A DNA stretch of 5,490 bases, from sequence record MK629525; one strand, given 5' to 3'. The stretch comes from Escherichia phage Lilleput. The notes below the pieces were generated by a model. That model was given only the letters and a program-made list of their open reading frames with translations. It had not been told where the DNA came from and searched no databases. The position numbers and the translations under genes are program-made. Position 1 is the first letter of the stretch. Every line of letters begins with the position of its first letter. Below are positions 1-5,490 of the stretch, in pieces.

Positions 1-1635
1 ATGTCTGTAGAACTCATCAAACCACTCGTCGAAGCCGCTGGCATGTCGACACTCACACAATCTCCAAACCTCCGTATCTGGAAACAGGTAAACACTCGCG
101 TAAAATTACTCGAAGAAATCCTTGCTCACTGGACAAACGGAATCCGTCGCTGCCCTGAAACTCAAGACTTCTACATGAACCCAAACTCTCAACTGGCTAC
201 TACTATTGCCTATCGTGCCCATCAAAAAGGACACAACCCAAAACTCATTCAATACCCTGACACATTTACTCTCGACGACATTATTCGCCGTAAACCAATC
301 CCTCAAACTGCCCCTAACGAACTACGCCTCTCTGATGAAATCGGTGAGGATTACCGCCTTACAGTCATTGCCATTGCTGACGAACTGCAAGAATGTTACG
401 ACGTGCTCGGACAACTTGATATTAATAACACTATAGACCACACCCCTAAAGGTAACGCCCACTGGAGTATGCTTTATGATAAACCTGTTAACACCCATTG
501 GTCACAGCTCGTATCTAAACGACCCCTTAAAGATATCCGCGCCGATTACAACTATGCAAAGGCGAAGGGTATTAAGGATGAATGCTCAAAAATGCTTGAG
601 GAATCTACCATGAAATCACGCCGTGGCTTTACCGTTCAAAGATTGATGAATGCTATGCGCCAAGCCCACACTGATGGCTGGTATGTTGTATTCGACACTC
701 TTACTCTGGCCGATGATCGCATACAGGCTTTCTATGATAATCCCAATGCTCTTCGTGACTACTTCCGTGATATTGGTCGTATGGTGCTTGCTGCCGAGGG
801 TCGCTCTGCTAATGACTCACACTCCGACTGCTATCAGTATTTTTGTGTTCCAGAGTATGGCACACAGCACGGCCGTCTACATTTTCATGCAGTGCACCTT
901 ATGCGGACACTTCCTCTGGGTTCTCGTGACCCTAACTTCGGTAAGCTGGTACGCACTAATCGCCAAATAAACTCCTTGCAAAACACATGGCCCTATGGCT
1001 ATTCTATGCCCATCGCAGTCCGGTACTCCCAAGACGCATTCTCGCGCGCTGGCTGGCTCTGGCCTGTTGACTCAAAGGGTGAACCCCTTAAAGCTACCTC
1101 GTATATGGCTGTCGGCTTCTACGTCGCTAAATACGTTAATAAAAAATCTGATATTGATATGGCCGCAAAAGGCCTAGGGAATAAAGAATGGAACGCATCA
1201 CTCAAGACCAAAATATCTCTCCTACCAACAAAACTATTCAGAATCCGGATGTCCCGCAACTTCGGGATGAAGATGTTATCAATGGCGCACCTGACCGCCG
1301 AAGCATTAATCCAACTGACCCAGCTGGGCTACGACTCGACCCCGTTCAACAACGTCTTGAAGCAGAACGCGAAGAAAGAGCTGAAATCGAGGCTGGCAAA
1401 AGCATCTGTCGCGACCGTTTTGGCGGCGCAACCTGTAACGACCAATCTGCTAAAATTTATGCGCGATTTGACCCGAACAATCGGAGCGTCCAACCTGCAG
1501 AATTTTATCGCTTCAATGACTCAGAAATTAACACTCATGGATACTTCTGATGAAACCAAAAACTACCTTGCTGCTGCAGGAATTACTACTGCTTGCTTAC
1601 GAATTAAATCGAAGTGGACTGCTGGTGGAAAATGA
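1..1635 (+). CDS. A: Replication initiation protein A (rolling-circle HUH endonuclease), 544 aa
   Basis: Long ORF in frame 1. C-terminal two thirds closely resemble phiX174 gpA as recalled. HUH motif HFHAVH at 880-897 and catalytic tyrosine pair in YVAKY (Tyr codons 1120-1122 and 1132-1134). The replication origin lies inside the ORF. If the molecule is circular, GGAGG at 5479-5483 sits 7 nt upstream of the ATG at position 1. The N-terminal ~200 aa are much more divergent. Confidence 0.9.
   Translation: MSVELIKPLVEAAGMSTLTQSPNLRIWKQVNTRVKLLEEILAHWTNGIRRCPETQDFYMNPNSQLATTIAYRAHQKGHNPKLIQYPDTFTLDDIIRRKPIPQTAPNELRLSDEIGEDYRLTVIAIADELQECYDVLGQLDINNTIDHTPKGNAHWSMLYDKPVNTHWSQLVSKRPLKDIRADYNYAKAKGIKDECSKMLEESTMKSRRGFTVQRLMNAMRQAHTDGWYVVFDTLTLADDRIQAFYDNPNALRDYFRDIGRMVLAAEGRSANDSHSDCYQYFCVPEYGTQHGRLHFHAVHLMRTLPLGSRDPNFGKLVRTNRQINSLQNTWPYGYSMPIAVRYSQDAFSRAGWLWPVDSKGEPLKATSYMAVGFYVAKYVNKKSDIDMAAKGLGNKEWNASLKTKISLLPTKLFRIRMSRNFGMKMLSMAHLTAEALIQLTQLGYDSTPFNNVLKQNAKKELKSRLAKASVATVLAAQPVTTNLLKFMRDLTRTIGASNLQNFIASMTQKLTLMDTSDETKNYLAAAGITTACLRIKSKWTAGGK
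413..442 (+). other. Origin of viral (+) strand rolling-circle replication; predicted gpA nick between G419 and A420
   Basis: The sequence CAACTTGATATTAATAACACTATAGACCAC matches the conserved 30-nt phiX174-type origin as I recall it, embedded in gene A at the equivalent place. Confidence 0.8.
610..1635 (+). CDS. A*: A* protein, in-frame internal initiation product of gene A, 341 aa
   Basis: In-frame ATG at 610 preceded by GAGGA at 596-600. The product begins MKSRRGF, which matches the start of phiX174 A* as recalled, and the length matches too. Sequence alone cannot show whether this start is used. Confidence 0.55.
   Translation: MKSRRGFTVQRLMNAMRQAHTDGWYVVFDTLTLADDRIQAFYDNPNALRDYFRDIGRMVLAAEGRSANDSHSDCYQYFCVPEYGTQHGRLHFHAVHLMRTLPLGSRDPNFGKLVRTNRQINSLQNTWPYGYSMPIAVRYSQDAFSRAGWLWPVDSKGEPLKATSYMAVGFYVAKYVNKKSDIDMAAKGLGNKEWNASLKTKISLLPTKLFRIRMSRNFGMKMLSMAHLTAEALIQLTQLGYDSTPFNNVLKQNAKKELKSRLAKASVATVLAAQPVTTNLLKFMRDLTRTIGASNLQNFIASMTQKLTLMDTSDETKNYLAAAGITTACLRIKSKWTAGGK
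1188..1550 (+). CDS. B: Internal scaffolding protein B, 120 aa
   Basis: ORF nested inside A in a different frame. ATG at 1188 with AGGG at 1176-1179 upstream. C-terminal half (EAGKS.C..RFGGATC.D.SA.IYARFD ... QPAEFYRF ... GYF) matches phiX174 gpB as recalled. Confidence 0.85.
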   Translation: MERITQDQNISPTNKTIQNPDVPQLRDEDVINGAPDRRSINPTDPAGLRLDPVQQRLEAEREERAEIEAGKSICRDRFGGATCNDQSAKIYARFDPNNRSVQPAEFYRFNDSEINTHGYF

Positions 1636-1714
1636 AGAAATTCAATCTTGCACTAAAGAACTCGAGAGGGTCTTACTTCGCAACCTTTCGCCATCAACTC
1701 GCAATACTCTCTAA
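1550..1714 (+). CDS. K: Protein K, 54 aa, small hydrophobic protein
   Basis: Hand-translated, because it is below the ORF-track length cutoff: [54 protein letters not shown]. The central [16 protein letters not shown] and LSPST blocks match phiX174 K as recalled. The ATG at 1550 shares its A with the TGA stop of B (TGATG). The ORF spans the end of A and the start of C in the third frame. Confidence 0.7.
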   Translation: MKPKTTLLLQELLLLAYELNRSGLLVENEEIQSCTKELERVLLRNLSPSTRNTL

Positions 1715-1892
1715 GGCTGATGCCCTCGACGAGGAAAAATGGCTTAACATGCTGGGCGCTCTTCTTAAGGACTGGTTCCTCTACGAAGAACATTTCGTAC
1801 ATGGCAAACAATCTTTAGTTGACATATTAATCGAACGGGGGTTACTATCCCCCACACAAACAACCCGTAACAACAAAGGAAATACCAAATGA
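1632..1892 (+). CDS. C: Protein C (switch from dsDNA replication to ssDNA synthesis and packaging), 86 aa
   Basis: [23 protein letters not shown]...[13 protein letters not shown] is near-identical to phiX174 gpC as recalled. The ATG at 1632 overlaps the TGA stop of A (ATGA), with GGTGGA at 1624-1629 upstream. The ORF-track start at 1614 is an upstream in-frame extension that I reject. Confidence 0.85.
   Translation: MKKFNLALKNSRGSYFATFRHQLAILSKADALDEEKWLNMLGALLKDWFLYEEHFVHGKQSLVDILIERGLLSPTQTTRNNKGNTK
1819..1848 (+). promoter_or_regulatory. Candidate sigma70 promoter inside gene C, upstream of D (pD-like)
   Basis: TTGACA at 1819-1824, then a 17-18 nt spacer, then TTACTAT at 1842-1848. Position and sequence resemble the phiX174 pD region (TTGACATTTTAAAAGAGCGTGGATTACTAT) as recalled. 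Confidence 0.45.
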
Positions 1893-2344
1893 ACTCCAAC
1901 GAATCTGCTGTAGCATTTCAAACTGCAATCGCTTCTATCAAAATGATTCAAGCCTCATCCGTCCTCGACCTTACCGAAGACGACTTCGAATTCTTAACTG
2001 GTGACCGTGTCTGGATTGCTACCGATCGTTCTCGCGCTCGCCGTGCTGTGGAGGCCTGCGTTTATGGCACACTGGACTTTGTCGGGTATCCTCGCTTTCC
2101 TGCTCCTGTTGAGTTTATTTCTGCTGTTATCGCTTACTACGTTCATCCGGTCAACATCCAGACCGCTTGCCTTATCATGGAAGGAGCCGAGTTTACTGAG
2201 AACATCGTCAATGGCGTTGAATCCCCAGTTAAGGCTTCCGAACTCTTCGCTTTCGTTCTCCGTGTCCGCGCTGGCTGTAAAGACGTCCTCGAAGGCGCCG
2301 AAGACAACATCCGCGCTAAACTCCGTGCACAAGGAATCATGTAA
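1889..2344 (+). CDS. D: External scaffolding protein D, 151 aa
   Basis: Strong similarity to phiX174 gpD (FQTA.ASIK.IQAS.VLDLTEDDF.FLT...VWIATDRSRARR.VEACVYGTLDFVGYPRFPAPVEFI.AVIAYYVHPVNIQTACLIMEGAEFTEN). The ATG at 1889 overlaps the C stop (ATGA). AAGGA at 1876-1880. Confidence 0.92.
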   Translation: MNSNESAVAFQTAIASIKMIQASSVLDLTEDDFEFLTGDRVWIATDRSRARRAVEACVYGTLDFVGYPRFPAPVEFISAVIAYYVHPVNIQTACLIMEGAEFTENIVNGVESPVKASELFAFVLRVRAGCKDVLEGAEDNIRAKLRAQGIM

Positions 2345-2351
2345 TGGCTAA
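2064..2351 (+). CDS. E: Lysis protein E (single-gene lysis, MraY inhibitor family), 95 aa
   Basis: ORF nested in D, shifted +1 relative to the D frame. ATG at 2064 with GGAGG at 2050-2054 upstream. The N-terminal segment M.HWTL...LAFLLLLSL is hydrophobic and resembles phiX174 E (MVRWTLWDTLAFLLLLSLLL...) as recalled. The track ORF begins at a GTG at 2001, but homology supports the ATG at 2064. Confidence 0.8.
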   Translation: MAHWTLSGILAFLLLLSLFLLLSLTTFIRSTSRPLALSWKEPSLLRTSSMALNPQLRLPNSSLSFSVSALAVKTSSKAPKTTSALNSVHKESCNG

Positions 2352-2430
2352 AGGCAAATCATATCGCCGCGGCTCCGCTGGCAACAAGAAAGGCTCCCGC
2401 CTCTGGTACGTTGGCGGCTCACAATTCTAA
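2344..2430 (+). CDS. J: DNA-binding/packaging protein J, 28 aa, highly basic
   Basis: Hand-translated: MAKGKSYRRGSAGNKKGSRLWYVGGSQF. The C-terminal motif RLWYVGG.QF matches phiX174 and G4 J as recalled. The ATG at 2344 overlaps the D stop (TAATG). AAGGA at 2332-2336. Confidence 0.75.
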   Translation: MAKGKSYRRGSAGNKKGSRLWYVGGSQF

Positions 2431-2438
2431 CCTTCTAT

Positions 2439-2456
2439 GTGGGACCACGGTCCCAC
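2439..2456 (+). terminator. J-F intergenic hairpin, candidate weak intrinsic terminator or mRNA-stabilising stem-loop
   Basis: GTGGGAC (2439-2445) pairs with GTCCCAC (2450-2456) around a 4-nt loop CACG, followed by TCTATTT. Same position as the GC-rich hairpin after J in phiX174. Confidence 0.4.
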
Positions 2457-2474
2457 TCTATTTAAGGATATAAA

Positions 2475-3761
2475 ATGTCTAATGTTCAAACTTCTGCCTC
2501 TCGTGATGCAATTGATTTATCACATCTGGTCTTCAACACTGGCGCTATTGGTCGCCTTAAAGTCGCATCATGGACCCCTGTTATCGCTGGTGATTCTTTC
2601 CAGCTTGACGCTGTTGGTGCTTTACGCTTATCCCCTCTGCGTCGCGGCTTGGCTATTGACTCAACTGTTGATTACTTCACTTTCTACATCCCACACCGTC
2701 ATATCTATGGCGATGCATGGATTCAATTTATGAAAACTGGCGTCGCTGCCACTTCTCTTAACCCTGTAACTACTGGCGAATACGTTGATAGCGCCTCTTA
2801 TCTTGGTGTAATCCCTTCTGCTGATGGCAAGGTTCCCAAGTTCCTGCACCAAGGCTATCTCAATATTTACAATAACTACTTCAAAGCCCCTTGGATGGCT
2901 GACCGTACTGAGGCAAACCCCTCCAACTTAAACGACGACGACCGTCGTCACGGCTTCCGCTGCTGTCACTTAAAAAATATCTGGTCTGCGCCTCTTCCTC
3001 CTCAAACGGAAATTACCCGCGCTATGACTACTGGCGCTACCTCCATTGATATCATGGGTCTTCAAGCTGCCTACGCCCAACTTCACACTGACCAAGAACG
3101 TGACTACTTCATGCAACGTTACCGTGACGTAATCTCTTCGTTCGGTGGCAAAACTCACTATGACGCTGACAACCGTCCTCTTCTGCTTATGCGCTCTAAT
3201 TTCTGGGCCTCTGGCTATGACATTGACGGTACTGACCAAACCTCATTAGGTCAATTCTCTGGTCGTGTCCAACAAACATTCCGCCACTCTGTTCCTCGCT
3301 TCTTCGTACCGGAACACGGCGTTATTATGACTCTTCAACTTGTACGCTTCCCGCCTACCTGCACTGAGGAAACTCACTACCTCGTCGGCAAAGGCGCACT
3401 AAACTATACTGACCTTGCGGGCGACCCTACTCTTTACGCTAACTTACCGCCTCGCGAAATCGAAATGAAAACTCTCTTCCGTGGCGCTGCCGGCTCTTCT
3501 GAAAAAATCAAAATTGCCGAAGGGCAATGGTATCGCTATCATCCTTCTTACGTTGATGGCCAATATCACAACCTTCAAGGCTTCCCGTTCATCCCAAATG
3601 GCCCAACTGGCAACATGGAAAACCGTGTACTGATTGACCATAAAAAATATGACGAATGCTTCCAATCACTTCAGTTAACTCACTGGAATGCTCAGGCTAA
3701 ATACAATGTCACTGTATATCGACATATCCCGACTACACGTGATAGCATCATGACTTCTTAA
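2475..3761 (+). CDS. F: Major capsid protein F, 428 aa
   Basis: Similar along its full length to phiX174 gpF as recalled (MSN.QT...DLSHL ... TPVIAGDSF..DAVGALRLSPLRRGLAIDSTVD.FTFY.PHRH.YG ... QGYLNIYNNYFKAPWM.DRTEANP ... HGFRCCHLKNIW.APLPP.TE ... TTRDSIMTS). AAGGA at 2464-2468. Confidence 0.95.
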   Translation: MSNVQTSASRDAIDLSHLVFNTGAIGRLKVASWTPVIAGDSFQLDAVGALRLSPLRRGLAIDSTVDYFTFYIPHRHIYGDAWIQFMKTGVAATSLNPVTTGEYVDSASYLGVIPSADGKVPKFLHQGYLNIYNNYFKAPWMADRTEANPSNLNDDDRRHGFRCCHLKNIWSAPLPPQTEITRAMTTGATSIDIMGLQAAYAQLHTDQERDYFMQRYRDVISSFGGKTHYDADNRPLLLMRSNFWASGYDIDGTDQTSLGQFSGRVQQTFRHSVPRFFVPEHGVIMTLQLVRFPPTCTEETHYLVGKGALNYTDLAGDPTLYANLPPREIEMKTLFRGAAGSSEKIKIAEGQWYRYHPSYVDGQYHNLQGFPFIPNGPTGNMENRVLIDHKKYDECFQSLQLTHWNAQAKYNVTVYRHIPTTRDSIMTS

Positions 3762-3772
3762 AGCCTATAACG

Positions 3773-3810
3773 TGACAGGGGGAAAAATTTTAATTTTTCG
3801 CCCCCTGTCA
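3773..3810 (+). other. F-G intergenic extended imperfect palindrome; candidate complementary-strand origin / primosome assembly site
   Basis: TGACAGGGGG (3773-3782) pairs with CCCCCTGTCA (3801-3810). They flank an AT-only inner palindrome AAAAATTTTAATTTTT (3783-3798) with a CG bulge at 3799-3800. The region is recognisably related to the phiX174 F-G intergenic sequence GCGGTAAAAATTTTAATTTTTGCCGC as recalled. Confidence 0.5.
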
Positions 3811-3860
3811 GGTTGAACAAGCGCAAGCGCGTTAGCTGCCTAACCATAAGGACTACTCAA

Positions 3861-4385
3861 ATGTTTCAGAACTTTGTTACTAAACACAACTCTCCTCAAT
3901 TTACTACTAATATCACAAAGGCCGTCACTCCCGCCGCGTTGGCTCCTATTATTAATACGCCAACCGTTGCGCGTGACAATCTCTTTGTGAACTTAACTAC
4001 TACCGCCCTAACTTCTGCGGGCGGTATCTCTGCTGTTGTCGCTATCGACAACTCTTCTCATACCGACAATCAGGTTATTTCTATCGCTGCCTCTCTTTCT
4101 ACTACTGGCAGTCTAGTACCTGTTCTTTGTCGGTTTGAATCTGCTACTGTACCAACGGCTATTCCCGCATCTGCGGTTACTTACTATCCGTTGGACTTTA
4201 CATCATCTGCTACCGCTCTGTCCGTCAAGGACTGTGCTACTGTCTCTACTATCTCTCGCTCTGGCAATCCTGTTTATGTAGGTATTGCCCTTATTGCGAA
4301 ATCATTTGCCGCTGATACTGTATACGGCTCTATCTCAATTAATCAGGTTGACCAAGAAATCACAACTCTGCAACCTCTCAAATAA
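3861..4385 (+). CDS. G: Major spike protein G, 174 aa
   Basis: MFQNF..KHNS ... CRFES..VPT ... VKDC.T ... NPVYVG ... NQV..EI..LQPLK matches phiX174 gpG as recalled. ATG at 3861 with AAGGA at 3848-3852 upstream. The track ORF starts at a TTG at 3813 inside the intergenic palindrome, which I reject. Confidence 0.9.
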   Translation: MFQNFVTKHNSPQFTTNITKAVTPAALAPIINTPTVARDNLFVNLTTTALTSAGGISAVVAIDNSSHTDNQVISIAASLSTTGSLVPVLCRFESATVPTAIPASAVTYYPLDFTSSATALSVKDCATVSTISRSGNPVYVGIALIAKSFAADTVYGSISINQVDQEITTLQPLK

Positions 4386-4394
4386 GGAATCTCT

Positions 4395-5432
4395 ATGTTT
4401 GGTGCAATCGCTGGCGGCATCGCCTCTACTCTTGCTGGCGGTCTAATGTCCAAACTGATGGGCGGCAATAAACAAGCCGCCCCCTCAACTCCCGGACAAG
4501 GCCTCTTCGCTACCCCTGAAACTACTATCTCTGCTGACAATGCAGGTATTCAATCTGTTATGCAGGGACCTAACCCGCCTGGCCCTGACCAAGCGGCTCC
4601 CACATTTACTGAATCTGCCGTCTCCTCACTTAAGGATGCTGGCAAAGGACTTCTCGATGGTACTCTACAAGCTGGCGGCTCTGCTGTTCAACAGGCTCTT
4701 CTTAACAAAATTGGCCTCGGTGGCAAATCTGCTGCTGATAAAGGCAAGGATACTAAAGATTACCTTGCTTCTGCGTTCCCCGAGCTCAACCCGTGGGAAC
4801 GCGCTGGCGCTGGTGCTTCCTCTGCTGGTATGGTTGACGCTGGTTTTGAAAACCAAAAGCAACTAACCAAAATGCAACTTGACAACCAAGTCAAAATCGC
4901 TAAGATGCAAAACGACACTCAAAAGGATATCGCTGGTATCCAGTCTGCCACATCACGCATGAATACTAAGGACTCTGTATATGCTCAAAACGAAATGCTC
5001 CAATACAACCAAAAGGAATCTATGTCACGTGTTGGCGCTATTCTCGAAAACACAAGCCTCACCAAACAACAACAAACTTCTGAAATTATGCGCCAAATGC
5101 TTACTCAGGCTCAAACCTCAGGACAACACTTTACTAACGCTCAAATCCAAGAACTTACTCGAAAAGTCGGTGCTGATATTGATGCTGTTCGTGCTAACAC
5201 TCAACGCACCAATGTAGAAACTGACCGCTCTAAACAGGAAGTCCAAAACTCACGTTACGCATCATCACAGGTCGGTAAAACCGCCAAGGACGTATCAAAT
5301 GTCATTAGTGACGCATCTTCTGGTATTGTTGATTATTTTCGTGGCGTTGATAAAGCTGTGGCTGACACTTGGAACAATTATTGGAAAGATGGTAAAGCCG
5401 ACGGAGTAGGCTCCAACATGTCTCGCAAATAG
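4395..5432 (+). CDS. H: DNA pilot / minor spike protein H, 345 aa
   Basis: N-terminus [21 protein letters not shown] and long blocks ([51 protein letters not shown] ... [16 protein letters not shown] ... [24 protein letters not shown]) match phiX174 gpH as recalled. AAGGA at 4384-4388. Confidence 0.92.
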   Translation: MFGAIAGGIASTLAGGLMSKLMGGNKQAAPSTPGQGLFATPETTISADNAGIQSVMQGPNPPGPDQAAPTFTESAVSSLKDAGKGLLDGTLQAGGSAVQQALLNKIGLGGKSAADKGKDTKDYLASAFPELNPWERAGAGASSAGMVDAGFENQKQLTKMQLDNQVKIAKMQNDTQKDIAGIQSATSRMNTKDSVYAQNEMLQYNQKESMSRVGAILENTSLTKQQQTSEIMRQMLTQAQTSGQHFTNAQIQELTRKVGADIDAVRANTQRTNVETDRSKQEVQNSRYASSQVGKTAKDVSNVISDASSGIVDYFRGVDKAVADTWNNYWKDGKADGVGSNMSRK

Positions 5433-5433
5433 C

Positions 5434-5463
5434 TTGACAATCACATCATAAATCCTATCTAAT
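5434..5463 (+). promoter_or_regulatory. Candidate sigma70 promoter upstream of gene A (pA-like)
   Basis: Perfect -35 TTGACA at 5434-5439, immediately after the H stop. Best -10 candidate is TCTAAT at 5458-5463 with an 18-nt spacer (TATCTA at 5456-5461 with 16 nt is an alternative). phiX174 also has TTGACA just after H. Confidence 0.4.
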
Positions 5464-5485
5464 AGCCTCCATTAACACGGAGGCT
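5464..5485 (+). promoter_or_regulatory. H-A intergenic hairpin whose 3' arm contains the putative gene A Shine-Dalgarno (GGAGG)
   Basis: AGCCTCC (5464-5470) pairs with GGAGGCT (5479-5485) around an 8-nt loop. phiX174 has the analogous GCCTCC...GGAGGC hairpin before the A start, as recalled. Confidence 0.5.
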
Positions 5486-5490
5486 TTAAC

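Noticed and set aside
1062-1110. Possible pB promoter inside gene A upstream of B (TTGACT at 1067-1072)
   Set aside because: I could not find a convincing -10 at the correct spacing and do not remember the phiX174 pB sequence well enough to anchor it. Left uncalled.
1614-1892. ORF-track version of gene C starting at ATG 1614 (MDCWWK...)
   Set aside because: Homology to phiX174 gpC begins at the ATG at 1632, which also forms the ATGA overlap with the A stop. The six upstream codons are an in-frame extension without support.
2001-2351. ORF-track version of E starting at GTG 2001 (116 aa)
   Set aside because: The homologous E start (M.HWTL) is the ATG at 2064, which has GGAGG 9 nt upstream. 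The 2001 start is a GTG with no ribosome-binding site.
3813-4385. ORF-track version of G starting at 3813 (190 aa)
   Set aside because: The codon at 3813 is TTG and lies inside the intergenic palindrome. G homology starts at the ATG at 3861, which has AAGGA upstream.
106-4862. Minus-strand ORFs of 63-112 aa (106..306, 1994..2332, 2143..2340, 2661..2852, 2970..3239, 3444..3665, 4343..4540, 4665..4862)
   Set aside because: All lie antisense to well-supported + strand genes. phiX174-type microviruses are transcribed from one strand only. None has a convincing ribosome-binding site or a product I recognise. They are most likely chance open frames.
206-5217. Alternate-frame + strand ORFs (206..436, 650..970, 995..1177, 2437..2733, 4540..4866, 4981..5217), several strongly hydrophobic
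   Set aside because: They are Leu/Ser/Thr-rich, as expected from reading T-rich codons out of frame. They have no recognisable homologue among the 11 microvirus proteins and no clear Shine-Dalgarno. 2437..2733 starts inside the J-F hairpin. Probably not genes, though ribosome profiling could settle it.
1-5490. A novel defence, toxin or mobile-element system
   Set aside because: Every substantial ORF is accounted for by a canonical microvirus gene. There are no integrases, transposases, repeats, CRISPR arrays or tRNAs. The window is a compact phage genome, not an accessory island.

Overview
This window reads as a complete genome of a phiX174/G4-like microvirus (Microviridae, Bullavirinae-type), linearised at the start codon of gene A. 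All 11 canonical genes are on the + strand in the order A(A*)-B-K-C-D-E-J-F-G-H, with B nested out of frame inside A, K spanning the A/C junction, and E nested inside D. The 30-nt viral-strand replication origin lies inside A at 413-442. Three short intergenic regions (J-F, F-G, H-A) each carry a hairpin or palindrome. Protein names come from my recollection of phiX174 protein sequences, not from a database search. I see no evidence of a novel defence or accessory system: this is a well-known phage family. The one feature I would look at again is lysis gene E, whose transmembrane segment has Leu and Arg where I recall phiX174 E having Pro21 and Pro29. There are no tRNAs, CRISPR arrays, insertion elements or credible minus-strand genes.
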